DNA of 12,425 nucleotides, taken from positions 1 to 12,425 of the forward strand of contig CAZZBI010000150.1 of NCBI GenBank assembly GCA_964652385.1, in the 5' to 3' direction. Positions 1-7,351 of the stretch are shown one piece after another. Every line of letters begins with the position of its first letter. The first letter of the stretch is position 1. The notes below the pieces were generated by a model. It did no database searches, was not told where the DNA came from, and saw nothing but the letters and a program-made list of their open reading frames with translations. Source of the DNA: an uncultured Pirellulaceae bacterium (GTDB lineage: Bacteria > Planctomycetota > Planctomycetia > Pirellulales > Pirellulaceae). The position numbers and the translations under genes were made by a program.

Positions 1-464
1 CCGGATTTCCGGTGAACGGAGCGATCGCAAAGGCATCCACCTGGAAGCAACGGGCGCGCGTCATCGAAAGGACTCGTCGGAAGGAGTTCGTCGGAGATGG
101 CCGGCGGGGGGGAGTTCGTGTCGGCGGCGGAGAACGAACCGAAGCGAAACCACGCTGGCCGTCGGTCCCCCCTTCGACCACAATAGCAATCGGCCGACCC
201 GGCTGCGCGGGCGCCGACCTTGCGGAACGGACACGAACGCTCCGCTGCCGGTTCGCCGCCCCCCCCCGACGCAGCCTACCGGTTCGGTTCCCGCCTTGCC
301 GCGACGTTCCGCCCGGGACGTCCCCCGCCTCGGACGACCCCCTTCGCCTCGCGACCGGAGCCCTCTCCGGCCCGACGGTCGGGACCTCCGAACCTCTCGG
401 GAAACGCGCCTTCGACGCCGCTCCCCGAGACCGAATCGCTCATCGTCGACTGGAGACCGCTCCG

Positions 465-3400
465 ATGATCTCTCGCCTCATGCTCGGCTCGAGCCCCTCC
501 GCAGCGCCGCGCGTCTCGCGTGGAAACGCCTTCGGCCGAACGGTTCTCGCGACGCTCGGCGCCGCAGCGGCGTTCGTCTCGTTCGGACTCGGCGCGTCGG
601 CCGCGCTCGCTCAGCCGTCGCTCGAATACAACCGGGACATCCGCCCGATCCTCGCCGACAACTGCTTCGCCTGTCACGGTCCCGACAGCGCTTCGCGCAA
701 GGCGGGGCTGCGGATCGACCAGCGCGACGCGGCGATCGAGGCAGGAGCGCTCGAGCCGGGGGATCCCGAGTCGAGCGAGATCTACCTGCGGATGATCACC
801 GCGAATCCCGACGCGATCATGCCCCCTCCCGCGTCGCACAAGCAGCTGACCGGCGATCAGATCGCGACGATCCGGCGGTGGATCGAAGAGGGGGCCGAGT
901 ATCAGCCTCACTGGTCCTTCATCGCGCCGATCCGTCCCGCCCCTCCTGAGGTGCGCGACGCCGCTTGGGTCCGCAATCCGATCGACCGCTTCATCCTGGC
1001 ACGACTCGAGGCCGAGGGACTCGCTCCGGCCCCCGAAGCCGATCGCCGCACCTTGGCGCGACGCCTGGCGTTCGACCTGACCGGACTCCCGCCGACCCCC
1101 GAGCTGGTCGCCGAGTTCGTCGCGGACCAGTCGCCGGAAGCGTACGAACGACTGGTCGATCGACTGCTCGAGTCGGAGCGCTGGGGAGAGCATCGAGGGC
1201 GCTACTGGCTCGACTACGCCCGCTACGCCGACACGCACGGGATCCACTTCGACAACTATCGCGAGATGTGGTCGTACCGCGATTGGGTCATCGGCGCGTT
1301 CAACCGGAACCTGCCGTGGGACGAATTCACGGTCGAGAGTCTGGCGGGTGATCTGCTGCCGAACCGGACGCTCGAGCAGCAGATCGGTTCGGGCTTCAAT
1401 CGCTGCAACATGACGACGAACGAAGGGGGGATCATCGACGAGGAGTACCTGGTCCTCTACACCCGCGATCGGACCGAAACGACGTCGCAGGTCTGGCTCG
1501 GTCTCTCGGCCAACTGCGCGACGTGTCACGACCACAAGTTCGATCCGCTGTCGCAGCGCGAGTTCTACGCGATGGCGGCGTTCTTCAACAATTCGACTCA
1601 GGGGGCGCGCGACGGCAACGTCAAGGACTCGCCGCCGATCGTCGCCGTCCCGCTGGTCGAGGATCGGGACCGCTGGGTGGCTCTCCAGTCGGAGCTGCCG
1701 GCCGCTCGTCAGGCGGTCGAAGCGCGTCGTGCCGCGGCCCGAGGCGAGTTCGACACGTGGCTCGACCAGGTCGACCCGGCGGTCTTCGCGTCGCGCATTC
1801 CGACCGACACCGTCCTGGCCGCGCCGCTCTCGGAAGGCCAGGGGCTCGAGACCGAGGTGACGATCGACGGCGCGGCGCGGCGTCTTGCGATCGATCCGAG
1901 CGCCGTCTGGCAGCCGGGGCATGTGGCTCCCAACGGCATCGAGGTGACCGGTCCGGGGATCGCCCGCATCGACGACTTCGGCGACTTCGAGGCGGACGGG
2001 GCGCTGACCGTCGCCGCCTGGGTTCGTCTGGCCGCGAACGACGGCGCCGGAGCGATCGCCGCCAAGATGGCTCCCGGCCCCGAGTACCGCGGCTGGGACT
2101 TCTGGGTCCAACAGCGTCGAGTCGGCATGCATCTGGTCGGCAGCTGGAGCAACGACGCGCTCAAGGTCGTGACGCGCGATCAGTTGCCGGCCGATCGCTG
2201 GGTGCACGTGCTCGTCAGCTACGACGGCAGCCGCAGCGCCGATGGAGTTCGGATCTGGGTCGACGGAGCTCCTCAGGCGACCGCGGTCGAAGCGAACTCG
2301 CTGACCGGTTCGATCCGCAACGAGGTGCCGTTCCACATCGGCCAGCGGAGCGACGGTCAGTCGGTCCCCGGCCTGCGGCTGCAGGATCTGCGGATCTGGC
2401 GCCGGCCGCTCGATCAGGCCGAAGCCGCTTCGCTGTCGCAGAGCTCGCGCTTCGCCTCGATCGTCGCGAAGCCGGCCGATCGGATCACGGCCGAAGAGCG
2501 CGACGAGCTGTATGCCTGGTGGCTCTCGGCGCTCGATTCGCAGTTCGGCGAACTGACGGCGACCGCCGATCGATTGCAGCGCGAGCTGGACGACATCCGT
2601 TCGCGCGGCACGATCGCGCACGTGATGGAAGAGCGGATGTCCGAAGCGGAGGCGTTCGTGCTGAACCGCGGCGAATACGATCAGCGTCGCGATCGAGTCA
2701 CCGCCGACACGCCGGCGATCCTGCCGCCGTTCCCTGCCGACGCCCCTCGCAATCGTCTCGGCTTCGCCCGCTGGCTGCTCCTTCCCGAGCATCCGCTGAC
2801 CGCTCGCGTGACGGTCAATCGGTTTTGGCAGGAGGTGTTCGGAACGGGGATCGTCCGGACGGCCGGAGATTTCGGAGTCGCCGGGGAACTGCCGTCGCAT
2901 CCCGAACTGCTCGACTGGCTGGCGGTCGATTTCCGCGAGTCGGGTTGGGACGTCAAGCGATTGTTCAAGACGATGGTGATGAGCGCCGCGTATCGGCAGA
3001 GCGCCGCCGTGACGAGCGAGAAGCTCGAACGCGATCCGGCGAATCGGCTCCTGTCGCGCGGCCCTCGGTTCCGCATGGACGCCGAGATGATCCGCGACGC
3101 GGCGTTGGCGTCGAGCGGTCTGTTGGTCGGCAAGATCGGCGGCCCGAGCGTCAAGCCGTATCAGCCGCCGGGGGTCTGGGAGGCGATCGCGATGAACGTC
3201 AGCAACACGCGGTCGTACGAAGCTGACCAGGGAGAAGGGCTCTATCGACGGAGCATGTACACCTTCTGGAAGCGCATGGCTCCGCCCGCTTCGATGGACA
3301 TCTTCAACGCTCCGACGCGCGAGTTCTGCGTCGTGCGACGCGAGCGGACCAACACCCCGCTCCAGGCGCTCGCCACGCTGAACGACGAACAGTTCCTCGA

Positions 3401-3695
3401 AGCGGCTCGCTATCTGGCGCAACAGGCGCTCGAAGCCGAGTCGACGTTCGAAGGACGGGTGGCGTTCGTCTCGCATCGCGTCGTCGCTCGCGACTTCCGT
3501 CCCGAGGAGCTCGAGGTGATCCGCGATTCGCTCGCGCGACTCGAAGCCCACTACGCGGCTCATCCGGACGATGCGGCCGCGCTGCTCGAGATCGGCTACT
3601 CCCCGGCGAACGCGGCGCTGCCGGCGGCGCAGTCGGCGGCGTGGACGATGCTCGTCAACCAGCTGATGAACCTCGACGAGGTGCTCAACAAGTGA
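465..3695 (+). CDS. Sec-exported multidomain protein: PSCyt1 cytochrome-c-like (CxxCH), PSCyt2/DUF1549, LamG-like (concanavalin-A-like) domain, PSD1/DUF1553
   Basis: Frame of ORF 12..3695. The likely start is the in-frame ATG at 465, preceded by GGAG 11 nt upstream; an alternative ATG lies at 480. It is followed by a signal-peptide-like N-terminus (MISRLMLGSSPSAAPRVSRGNAFGRTVLATLGAAAAFVSFGLGASAALAQPS). CFACHGPD heme-binding motif at nt 663-677. DUF1549 hallmarks (LTGLPPTPELV, RWGEHRGRYWLDYARYADTHG, NCATCHDHKFDP at nt 1515-1547). LamG_3-like block (AAWVRLA...WVHVLVSYDG...IWVDG) at about nt 2020-2410. DUF1553/PSD1 hallmarks (RLGFARWLLLPEHPLTARVTVNRFWQEVFG, HPELLDWLAVDFRESGWDVKRLFKTMVMSAAYRQS). 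TGA stop at 3693-3695. The low-complexity region upstream of 465 is unlikely to be coding. Confidence 0.88.
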   Translation: MISRLMLGSSPSAAPRVSRGNAFGRTVLATLGAAAAFVSFGLGASAALAQPSLEYNRDIRPILADNCFACHGPDSASRKAGLRIDQRDAAIEAGALEPGDPESSEIYLRMITANPDAIMPPPASHKQLTGDQIATIRRWIEEGAEYQPHWSFIAPIRPAPPEVRDAAWVRNPIDRFILARLEAEGLAPAPEADRRTLARRLAFDLTGLPPTPELVAEFVADQSPEAYERLVDRLLESERWGEHRGRYWLDYARYADTHGIHFDNYREMWSYRDWVIGAFNRNLPWDEFTVESLAGDLLPNRTLEQQIGSGFNRCNMTTNEGGIIDEEYLVLYTRDRTETTSQVWLGLSANCATCHDHKFDPLSQREFYAMAAFFNNSTQGARDGNVKDSPPIVAVPLVEDRDRWVALQSELPAARQAVEARRAAARGEFDTWLDQVDPAVFASRIPTDTVLAAPLSEGQGLETEVTIDGAARRLAIDPSAVWQPGHVAPNGIEVTGPGIARIDDFGDFEADGALTVAAWVRLAANDGAGAIAAKMAPGPEYRGWDFWVQQRRVGMHLVGSWSNDALKVVTRDQLPADRWVHVLVSYDGSRSADGVRIWVDGAPQATAVEANSLTGSIRNEVPFHIGQRSDGQSVPGLRLQDLRIWRRPLDQAEAASLSQSSRFASIVAKPADRITAEERDELYAWWLSALDSQFGELTATADRLQRELDDIRSRGTIAHVMEERMSEAEAFVLNRGEYDQRRDRVTADTPAILPPFPADAPRNRLGFARWLLLPEHPLTARVTVNRFWQEVFGTGIVRTAGDFGVAGELPSHPELLDWLAVDFRESGWDVKRLFKTMVMSAAYRQSAAVTSEKLERDPANRLLSRGPRFRMDAEMIRDAALASSGLLVGKIGGPSVKPYQPPGVWEAIAMNVSNTRSYEADQGEGLYRRSMYTFWKRMAPPASMDIFNAPTREFCVVRRERTNTPLQALATLNDEQFLEAARYLAQQALEAESTFEGRVAFVSHRVVARDFRPEELEVIRDSLARLEAHYAAHPDDAAALLEIGYSPANAALPAAQSAAWTMLVNQLMNLDEVLNK

Positions 3696-3820
3696 GTCGG
3701 TCATCGCGCGGCAGGCGGTAGAGTCGAGCCGCGCGGCCCCGGTCTTGCCCCCCTCGAACATCCACGACGATCAGGCTCTCGCGACACCGATCGCACGGCC
3801 TTTCGCTTCGGAGCGATTCC

Positions 3821-5275
3821 ATGACCCCCTTCGAACAGTTCCGACTCCAGCTGACTCGCCGTCACTTCTTCGAGCAGGGGCGCAACCTGCTCGGCACCGC
3901 CGCGATCGCGTCGCTCGGTCTGCGGCCTGCGGCGGCTGCGGCCGCCTCGGAAGAGGGCGGAGCGATCGGCCCGCACTTCGCCCCCAAGGCGGAGCACATC
4001 ATCTACCTGCATATGGTCGGAGGTCCCCCTCAGCAGGATCTCTTCGACTACAAGCCGGCGATGGACGACTGGTACGACAAGGACCTTCCCGAGTCGGTCC
4101 GGATGGGGCAGCGTCTGACGACGATGACCAGCGGGCAGGCTCGGTTCCCCATCGCGCCGTCGATCTACAAGTTCGCCCAGCACGGCGAGTGCGGCATGTG
4201 GCTCAGCGAGCTGCTGCCGTGGAAGGCGAAGATGGCGGACAAGATGGCCTTCATCCGGAGCATGCACACCGAGGCGATCAATCACGAGCCGGCGATCAGC
4301 TACATGCAGACCGGCAATCAGATCGTCGGTCGCCCGTGCCTCGGGTCGTGGACCTCGTACGGTCTGGGGTCGATGAACGACGACCTGCCGACCTTCGTCG
4401 TGCTGGTCGCCCGCTCGACCAACACCGAACAGGTCCAGGCGATCTCAGCGCGGCTGTGGTCGAGCGGATTTCTGCCGGGGGAGCATGCGGGAGTCAGCTT
4501 CCGATCGGTCGGCGATCCGATCCTGTTCATCAACAATCCCGACGGCGTGCCGAGTGAAGTGCGACGGACGACGCTCGACGGACTGGCTCGCCTGAACGAG
4601 ATGAACTACCAGGCGATCGGCGATCCCGAAACCCGGACTCGGATCGCCCAGTACGAGCTCGCCTATCGGATGCAGACGAGCGTGCCGGAACTGACCGACC
4701 TGTCGACCGAGACGCAGGCGACGTTCGACATGTACGGCGAAGCGGCAAAGGACCGCGGCTCGTTCGCCAATTCGGTCCTGATGGCTCGACGGATGGTCGA
4801 GCGCGGCGTCCGGTTCGTGCAGATCTACCACAACAACTGGGACACCCACGGCAACGTCGCGGGGCGGTTGCCCGATCAGTGCCGCGACGTCGATCAGCCC
4901 TGTTGGGCGCTGGTGAACGATCTGGAACAGCGCGGGCTGCTCGACAAGACGCTGATCATCTGGGGAGGGGAGTTCGGCCGCACGGTCTACTCGCAGGGAG
5001 GTCTGTCGAAGACCAATTACGGCCGCGACCACCATCCGCGCTGCTTCACGATGTGGATGGCCGGCGGAGGGACGAAGGGAGGAGCGATCGTCGGCGAGAC
5101 GGACGACTTCTCGTACAACATCGTCGACGAACCGGTCCATATCCGCGACTTCCACGCGACCGTGCTGAAGCTGCTGGGCTTCGACCACGAACGGCTGACC
5201 GTCCGCGTGCAGGGGCTGGAAGCGCGACTGACCGGAGTCGATCCGGCGAAGGTGATCGACAAGGTTCTCGCCTGA
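3821..5275 (+). CDS. DUF1501 family protein (alkaline-phosphatase/sulfatase-like fold), Tat-exported partner of PSCyt/PSD1 proteins
   Basis: 484-aa ORF whose ATG at 3821 is preceded by GGAG 7 nt upstream. Twin-arginine signal (LTRRHFFEQGRNLLGTAAIASLGL). Conserved DUF1501 blocks (AINHEPAISYMQTGN, IWGGEFGRT, GRDHHP, DFHATVLKLLG). Located 125 bp downstream of the PSD1-type gene, the canonical planctomycete pairing. Confidence 0.9.
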   Translation: MTPFEQFRLQLTRRHFFEQGRNLLGTAAIASLGLRPAAAAAASEEGGAIGPHFAPKAEHIIYLHMVGGPPQQDLFDYKPAMDDWYDKDLPESVRMGQRLTTMTSGQARFPIAPSIYKFAQHGECGMWLSELLPWKAKMADKMAFIRSMHTEAINHEPAISYMQTGNQIVGRPCLGSWTSYGLGSMNDDLPTFVVLVARSTNTEQVQAISARLWSSGFLPGEHAGVSFRSVGDPILFINNPDGVPSEVRRTTLDGLARLNEMNYQAIGDPETRTRIAQYELAYRMQTSVPELTDLSTETQATFDMYGEAAKDRGSFANSVLMARRMVERGVRFVQIYHNNWDTHGNVAGRLPDQCRDVDQPCWALVNDLEQRGLLDKTLIIWGGEFGRTVYSQGGLSKTNYGRDHHPRCFTMWMAGGGTKGGAIVGETDDFSYNIVDEPVHIRDFHATVLKLLGFDHERLTVRVQGLEARLTGVDPAKVIDKVLA

Positions 5276-5308
5276 ACGGTCATGGGCCCGGCCGCGCCTC
5301 CTCCGCGT

Positions 5309-5500
5309 CTCACCAGCCCGCAGCGTGAGCAAGGGGACTCCGCGCCTCCTCAGCACCTCACCAGCCCGCAGCGTGAGCAAGGGGACTCCGTGCCTCCTCC
5401 GCACCTCACCAGCCCGCAGCGTGAGCAAGGGGACTCCGTGCCTCCTCCGCGCCTCACCAGCCCGCAGCGTGAGCAACGGGACTCCGCGCCTCATCCGTGC
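5309..5500. repeat. Tandem direct repeat, 48-bp unit x4 (ctcaccagcccgcagcgtgagcaaggggactccg[c/t]gcctcctc...), decaying copies to about 5560
   Basis: Copies start at 5309, 5357, 5405 and 5453 with an exact 48-bp period. In the ORF track they translate as spurious periodic peptides (LTSPQREQGDSxPPxH on the plus strand and GVPLLTLRAGE on the minus strand). Sits in the convergent intergenic region between DUF1501-A and the SPFH gene. Confidence 0.9.
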
Positions 5501-5561
5501 CTCCTCCGTGCTCTCCATCGCCGTGCCTCGGCATCGCACCTCCGTCCCTCGGCGCACGAAA

Positions 5562-5595
5562 CGACCCCTTGCCCGCTGACGCAGGCAAGGGGTCG
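5562..5595 (-). terminator. Strong hairpin (12-bp perfect stem CGACCCCTTGCC/GGCAAGGGGTCG, 10-nt loop) 5 nt downstream of the SPFH stop codon; putative transcription terminator or RNA-stabilising element
   Basis: Perfect inverted repeat 5562-5573 / 5584-5595. On the minus strand it follows the TGA stop of the 6713..5601 CDS and is followed by only a short TTTCG run, so it is not a textbook intrinsic terminator. The stem sequence is the core motif of the flanking tandem arrays. Confidence 0.45.
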
Positions 5596-5600
5596 CACGT

Positions 5601-6713
5601 TCACAGCAGCCGAGTCACCTGCTCGCGGAGCCCCTGTTCGCCGACGAAGACGCGCAGCTGACCTTCCGCGGCGATCCGCTCCAGCACCTCCAGCTCCCGC
5701 AGCCGCATCAGCGCCGGGTTGTCGGCGAAGAGCTTGGCGGTGTTCGCCTGACTGCGCATCGCTGCCGTCTCCTCGCGCCGAGCGATGAGCTGAGCCTCGG
5801 CGACCTTCTGCGCTTCGATCACCTTGTTCATCAGCTCCTTCATCTCGCCCGGCAGGATGATGTCCCGCAACCCGGTCGACCGAACCTCGAGTCCGAGATC
5901 GGCCGCCCGCGGCGCCAACGCCTCGAACAGACTCCGAGCCACCGCGTCCTTGTCGGCCAGCAGCTCGTCGAGCGGCCGCTGGCCGACGACGCCGCGCAGC
6001 GCGAGTTGCGCTTCACGGTAGAGCCCCTGGCGCATGTCGTCCGACGCGGACACGGCGCGAGTCGGATCGACGACCTTCCAGACGACGACCGCGTTCAGTC
6101 GCAGCGTCACCTTGTCGGCCGTCATGATCTCCTGTCCCGACAGGTCGAGCATCGATTCGCGCAGGTCGACGCTCACCACCCGCGCCTCGCCGCTCTGCCG
6201 CCACCAGGCGTACAGACCGGGTCCGAGCACGCCGCGGAAGACGCCGTCCACGAACTCGACTCCGACATGGTCCCGCTCGATCCGCGCCGAATCGAGCTGC
6301 GCCGCGGCGGTCGGCAGCGCGAGCACGCGCTGCAACCGTTCGTGCGACAGTCGCACGTCGCGCGCATCGAACCGCTCGACCCGCACCTCACGGTGCCCCG
6401 CGAACCAGGCGTACAGTCCCGGCGCGAGGAGTTGAGCGAGTCGACCGTCGATCCAGACGAGCGCCCGCTCGTGGTCCTTCAGATCGAGCACTTCGATCCG
6501 ATTCCCGAGCAGTCCGCTTCGGACGATGACGTCCAGTCGATCGTTGACGAGCCACGGGGCCCGCCGCGAGAAGAGCTCCAGACGCAGCCGCCCGAACGGA
6601 TCGAACCGCCAAGCGACTCCGGCATCGAGCACTTCCACCGGGACATCGTCCTTCCAGACGATGCCGATCTCGAGCGGCCGTACCTTGAACCGCCGCCAGA
6701 TCATGAACTTCAT
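5601..6713 (-). CDS. SPFH/band-7 (stomatin/prohibitin-like) domain protein, apparently cytoplasmic (no N-terminal TM segment), with a partial internal duplication
   Basis: Frame of ORF 5601..6869. Start set at the ATG at 6713 (MKFMIWRRFKV), which has a strong SD (GGAGG, 6-nt spacer). C-terminal region is typical of SPFH proteins (DIILPGEMKELMNKVIEAQKVAEAQLIARREETAAMRSQANTAKL...). The SPFH core begins near GPGLYAWWRQSGEARVVSVDLRESMLDLSGQEIMTADKVTLRLNAVVVWKVVDP. An upstream duplicate, APGLYAWFAGHREVRVERFDARDVRL, is also present. Confidence 0.8.
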   Translation of the reverse strand: MKFMIWRRFKVRPLEIGIVWKDDVPVEVLDAGVAWRFDPFGRLRLELFSRRAPWLVNDRLDVIVRSGLLGNRIEVLDLKDHERALVWIDGRLAQLLAPGLYAWFAGHREVRVERFDARDVRLSHERLQRVLALPTAAAQLDSARIERDHVGVEFVDGVFRGVLGPGLYAWWRQSGEARVVSVDLRESMLDLSGQEIMTADKVTLRLNAVVVWKVVDPTRAVSASDDMRQGLYREAQLALRGVVGQRPLDELLADKDAVARSLFEALAPRAADLGLEVRSTGLRDIILPGEMKELMNKVIEAQKVAEAQLIARREETAAMRSQANTAKLFADNPALMRLRELEVLERIAAEGQLRVFVGEQGLREQVTRLL

Positions 6714-6719
6714 GAGACA

Positions 6720-6748
6720 CCTCCCGCGACCTTTCCTGCAGGTCGCGG
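6720..6748 (-). promoter_or_regulatory. RBS (GGAGG) plus a 5' UTR hairpin (9-bp perfect stem CCGCGACCT/AGGTCGCGG, 7-nt loop) abutting and partly overlapping the SD of the SPFH gene
   Basis: Inverted repeat 6724-6732 / 6740-6748. The mRNA reads ...CCGCGACCU GCAGGAA AGGUCGCGG-GAGG UGUCUC AUG. The 3' arm supplies the first two G's of the SD. Confidence 0.4.
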
Positions 6749-7132
6749 CACGAACGAAAAGAGAAAGGGCCTCCGGAGCGACGATCGCGCTCGCGTTCGC
6801 ACCGACGACGACGCGCACCGAGGCCGAGACGACGTTCGACGACGGCGTCGCTCGTCCCCCGTCGGACATCGCGAATCACCTCGGTCGCATGGACGAGGGT
6901 CGGACGCCGCAGCGCGGACGAGCTCGACCGAAGCGAAACTCCGAATCGGGCAAGGCGAACGAACGTCGGCGTGCGCTGCCGACCCTCGACACCGCATCAC
7001 ATCCGTCTCGATCGACCGAACGACCGCAGCGTTTCCGAGGAAGCGCGCAGCGCGATCGGGAGATCGAGCGACTCGAGCGGGAAGAGGATCGGCCGAACGG
7101 AACGCGATCGCGCTCCTTCAGCCGTCGCAAAG

Positions 7133-7206
7133 TGGCGTGTGGTACGGGATTCGAACCCGCAACAGCCGAGTCTGGACTCGGTGCTCTACCGTTGAGCTAT
7201 CCACAA
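7133..7206 (-). tRNA. tRNA-Trp(CCA)-like gene with non-canonical features (6-nt anticodon loop, mismatches at both ends of the acceptor stem); possibly a pseudo-tRNA or tRNA-derived element
   Basis: The minus strand reads TTGTGGA-TA-GCTC-AACGGTA-GAGC-A-CCGAG-TCCAGA-CTCGG-CTGTT-GCGGG-TTCGAAT-CCCGT-ACCACAC-G-CCA. The T-arm is canonical with a TTCGAAT loop. The D-arm has GG in its loop. Discriminator G plus an encoded CCA match bacterial tRNA-Trp. The D-arm and anticodon-stem layout resemble E. coli tRNA-Trp. However the anticodon loop is only 6 nt (UCCAGA), and acceptor pairs 1:72 (T:C) and 7:66 (A:A) are mismatched. Total length is 74 nt. Confidence 0.55.
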
Positions 7207-7351
7207 TCCGGTCGCGTCGTCACAAGCCGCACCCGACGCGTGTTCGCGAACCCGAAGACGGGGCGAACCGCGGAGTCACGGCGCCGGCGACCGAACCACG
7301 GTGAACAAGGAGGGGCTGAAGCGAAACGGGTTCGCGCCGCAGTCGGATCGC

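Noticed and set aside
12-464. Use of the full 12..3695 ORF (1227 aa) as the PSD1-A coding region
   Set aside because: Upstream 150 codons are compositionally biased and lack any signal or domain. An ATG at 465 with an SD-like GGAG and a classic signal peptide immediately after is the better start.
276-3761. 1161-aa antisense ORF opposite PSD1-A (plus 296..949, 1523..3226 and other long ORFs in alternative frames)
   Set aside because: Arg/Gly/Asp-rich low-complexity translations with no domain signatures. Long open frames on all six strands are expected at this GC content, and the sense frame has unmistakable PSCyt/DUF1549/DUF1553 motifs.
5309-5500. CRISPR array interpretation of the tandem arrays (also 12240..12425)
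   Set aside because: Repeats are contiguous head-to-tail with no unique spacers between them, and no cas genes are in the window. They are minisatellite-type tandem repeats, not CRISPR.
5282-5788. ORFs 5282..5788 (+), 5325..5579 (+) and 4445..5557 (-) with periodic peptides (LTSPQREQGDS..., GVPLLTLRAGE...)
   Set aside because: They are translations of the 48-bp tandem repeat. No start context is present, and the 4445..5557 (-) ORF overlaps the well-supported DUF1501-A gene antisense.
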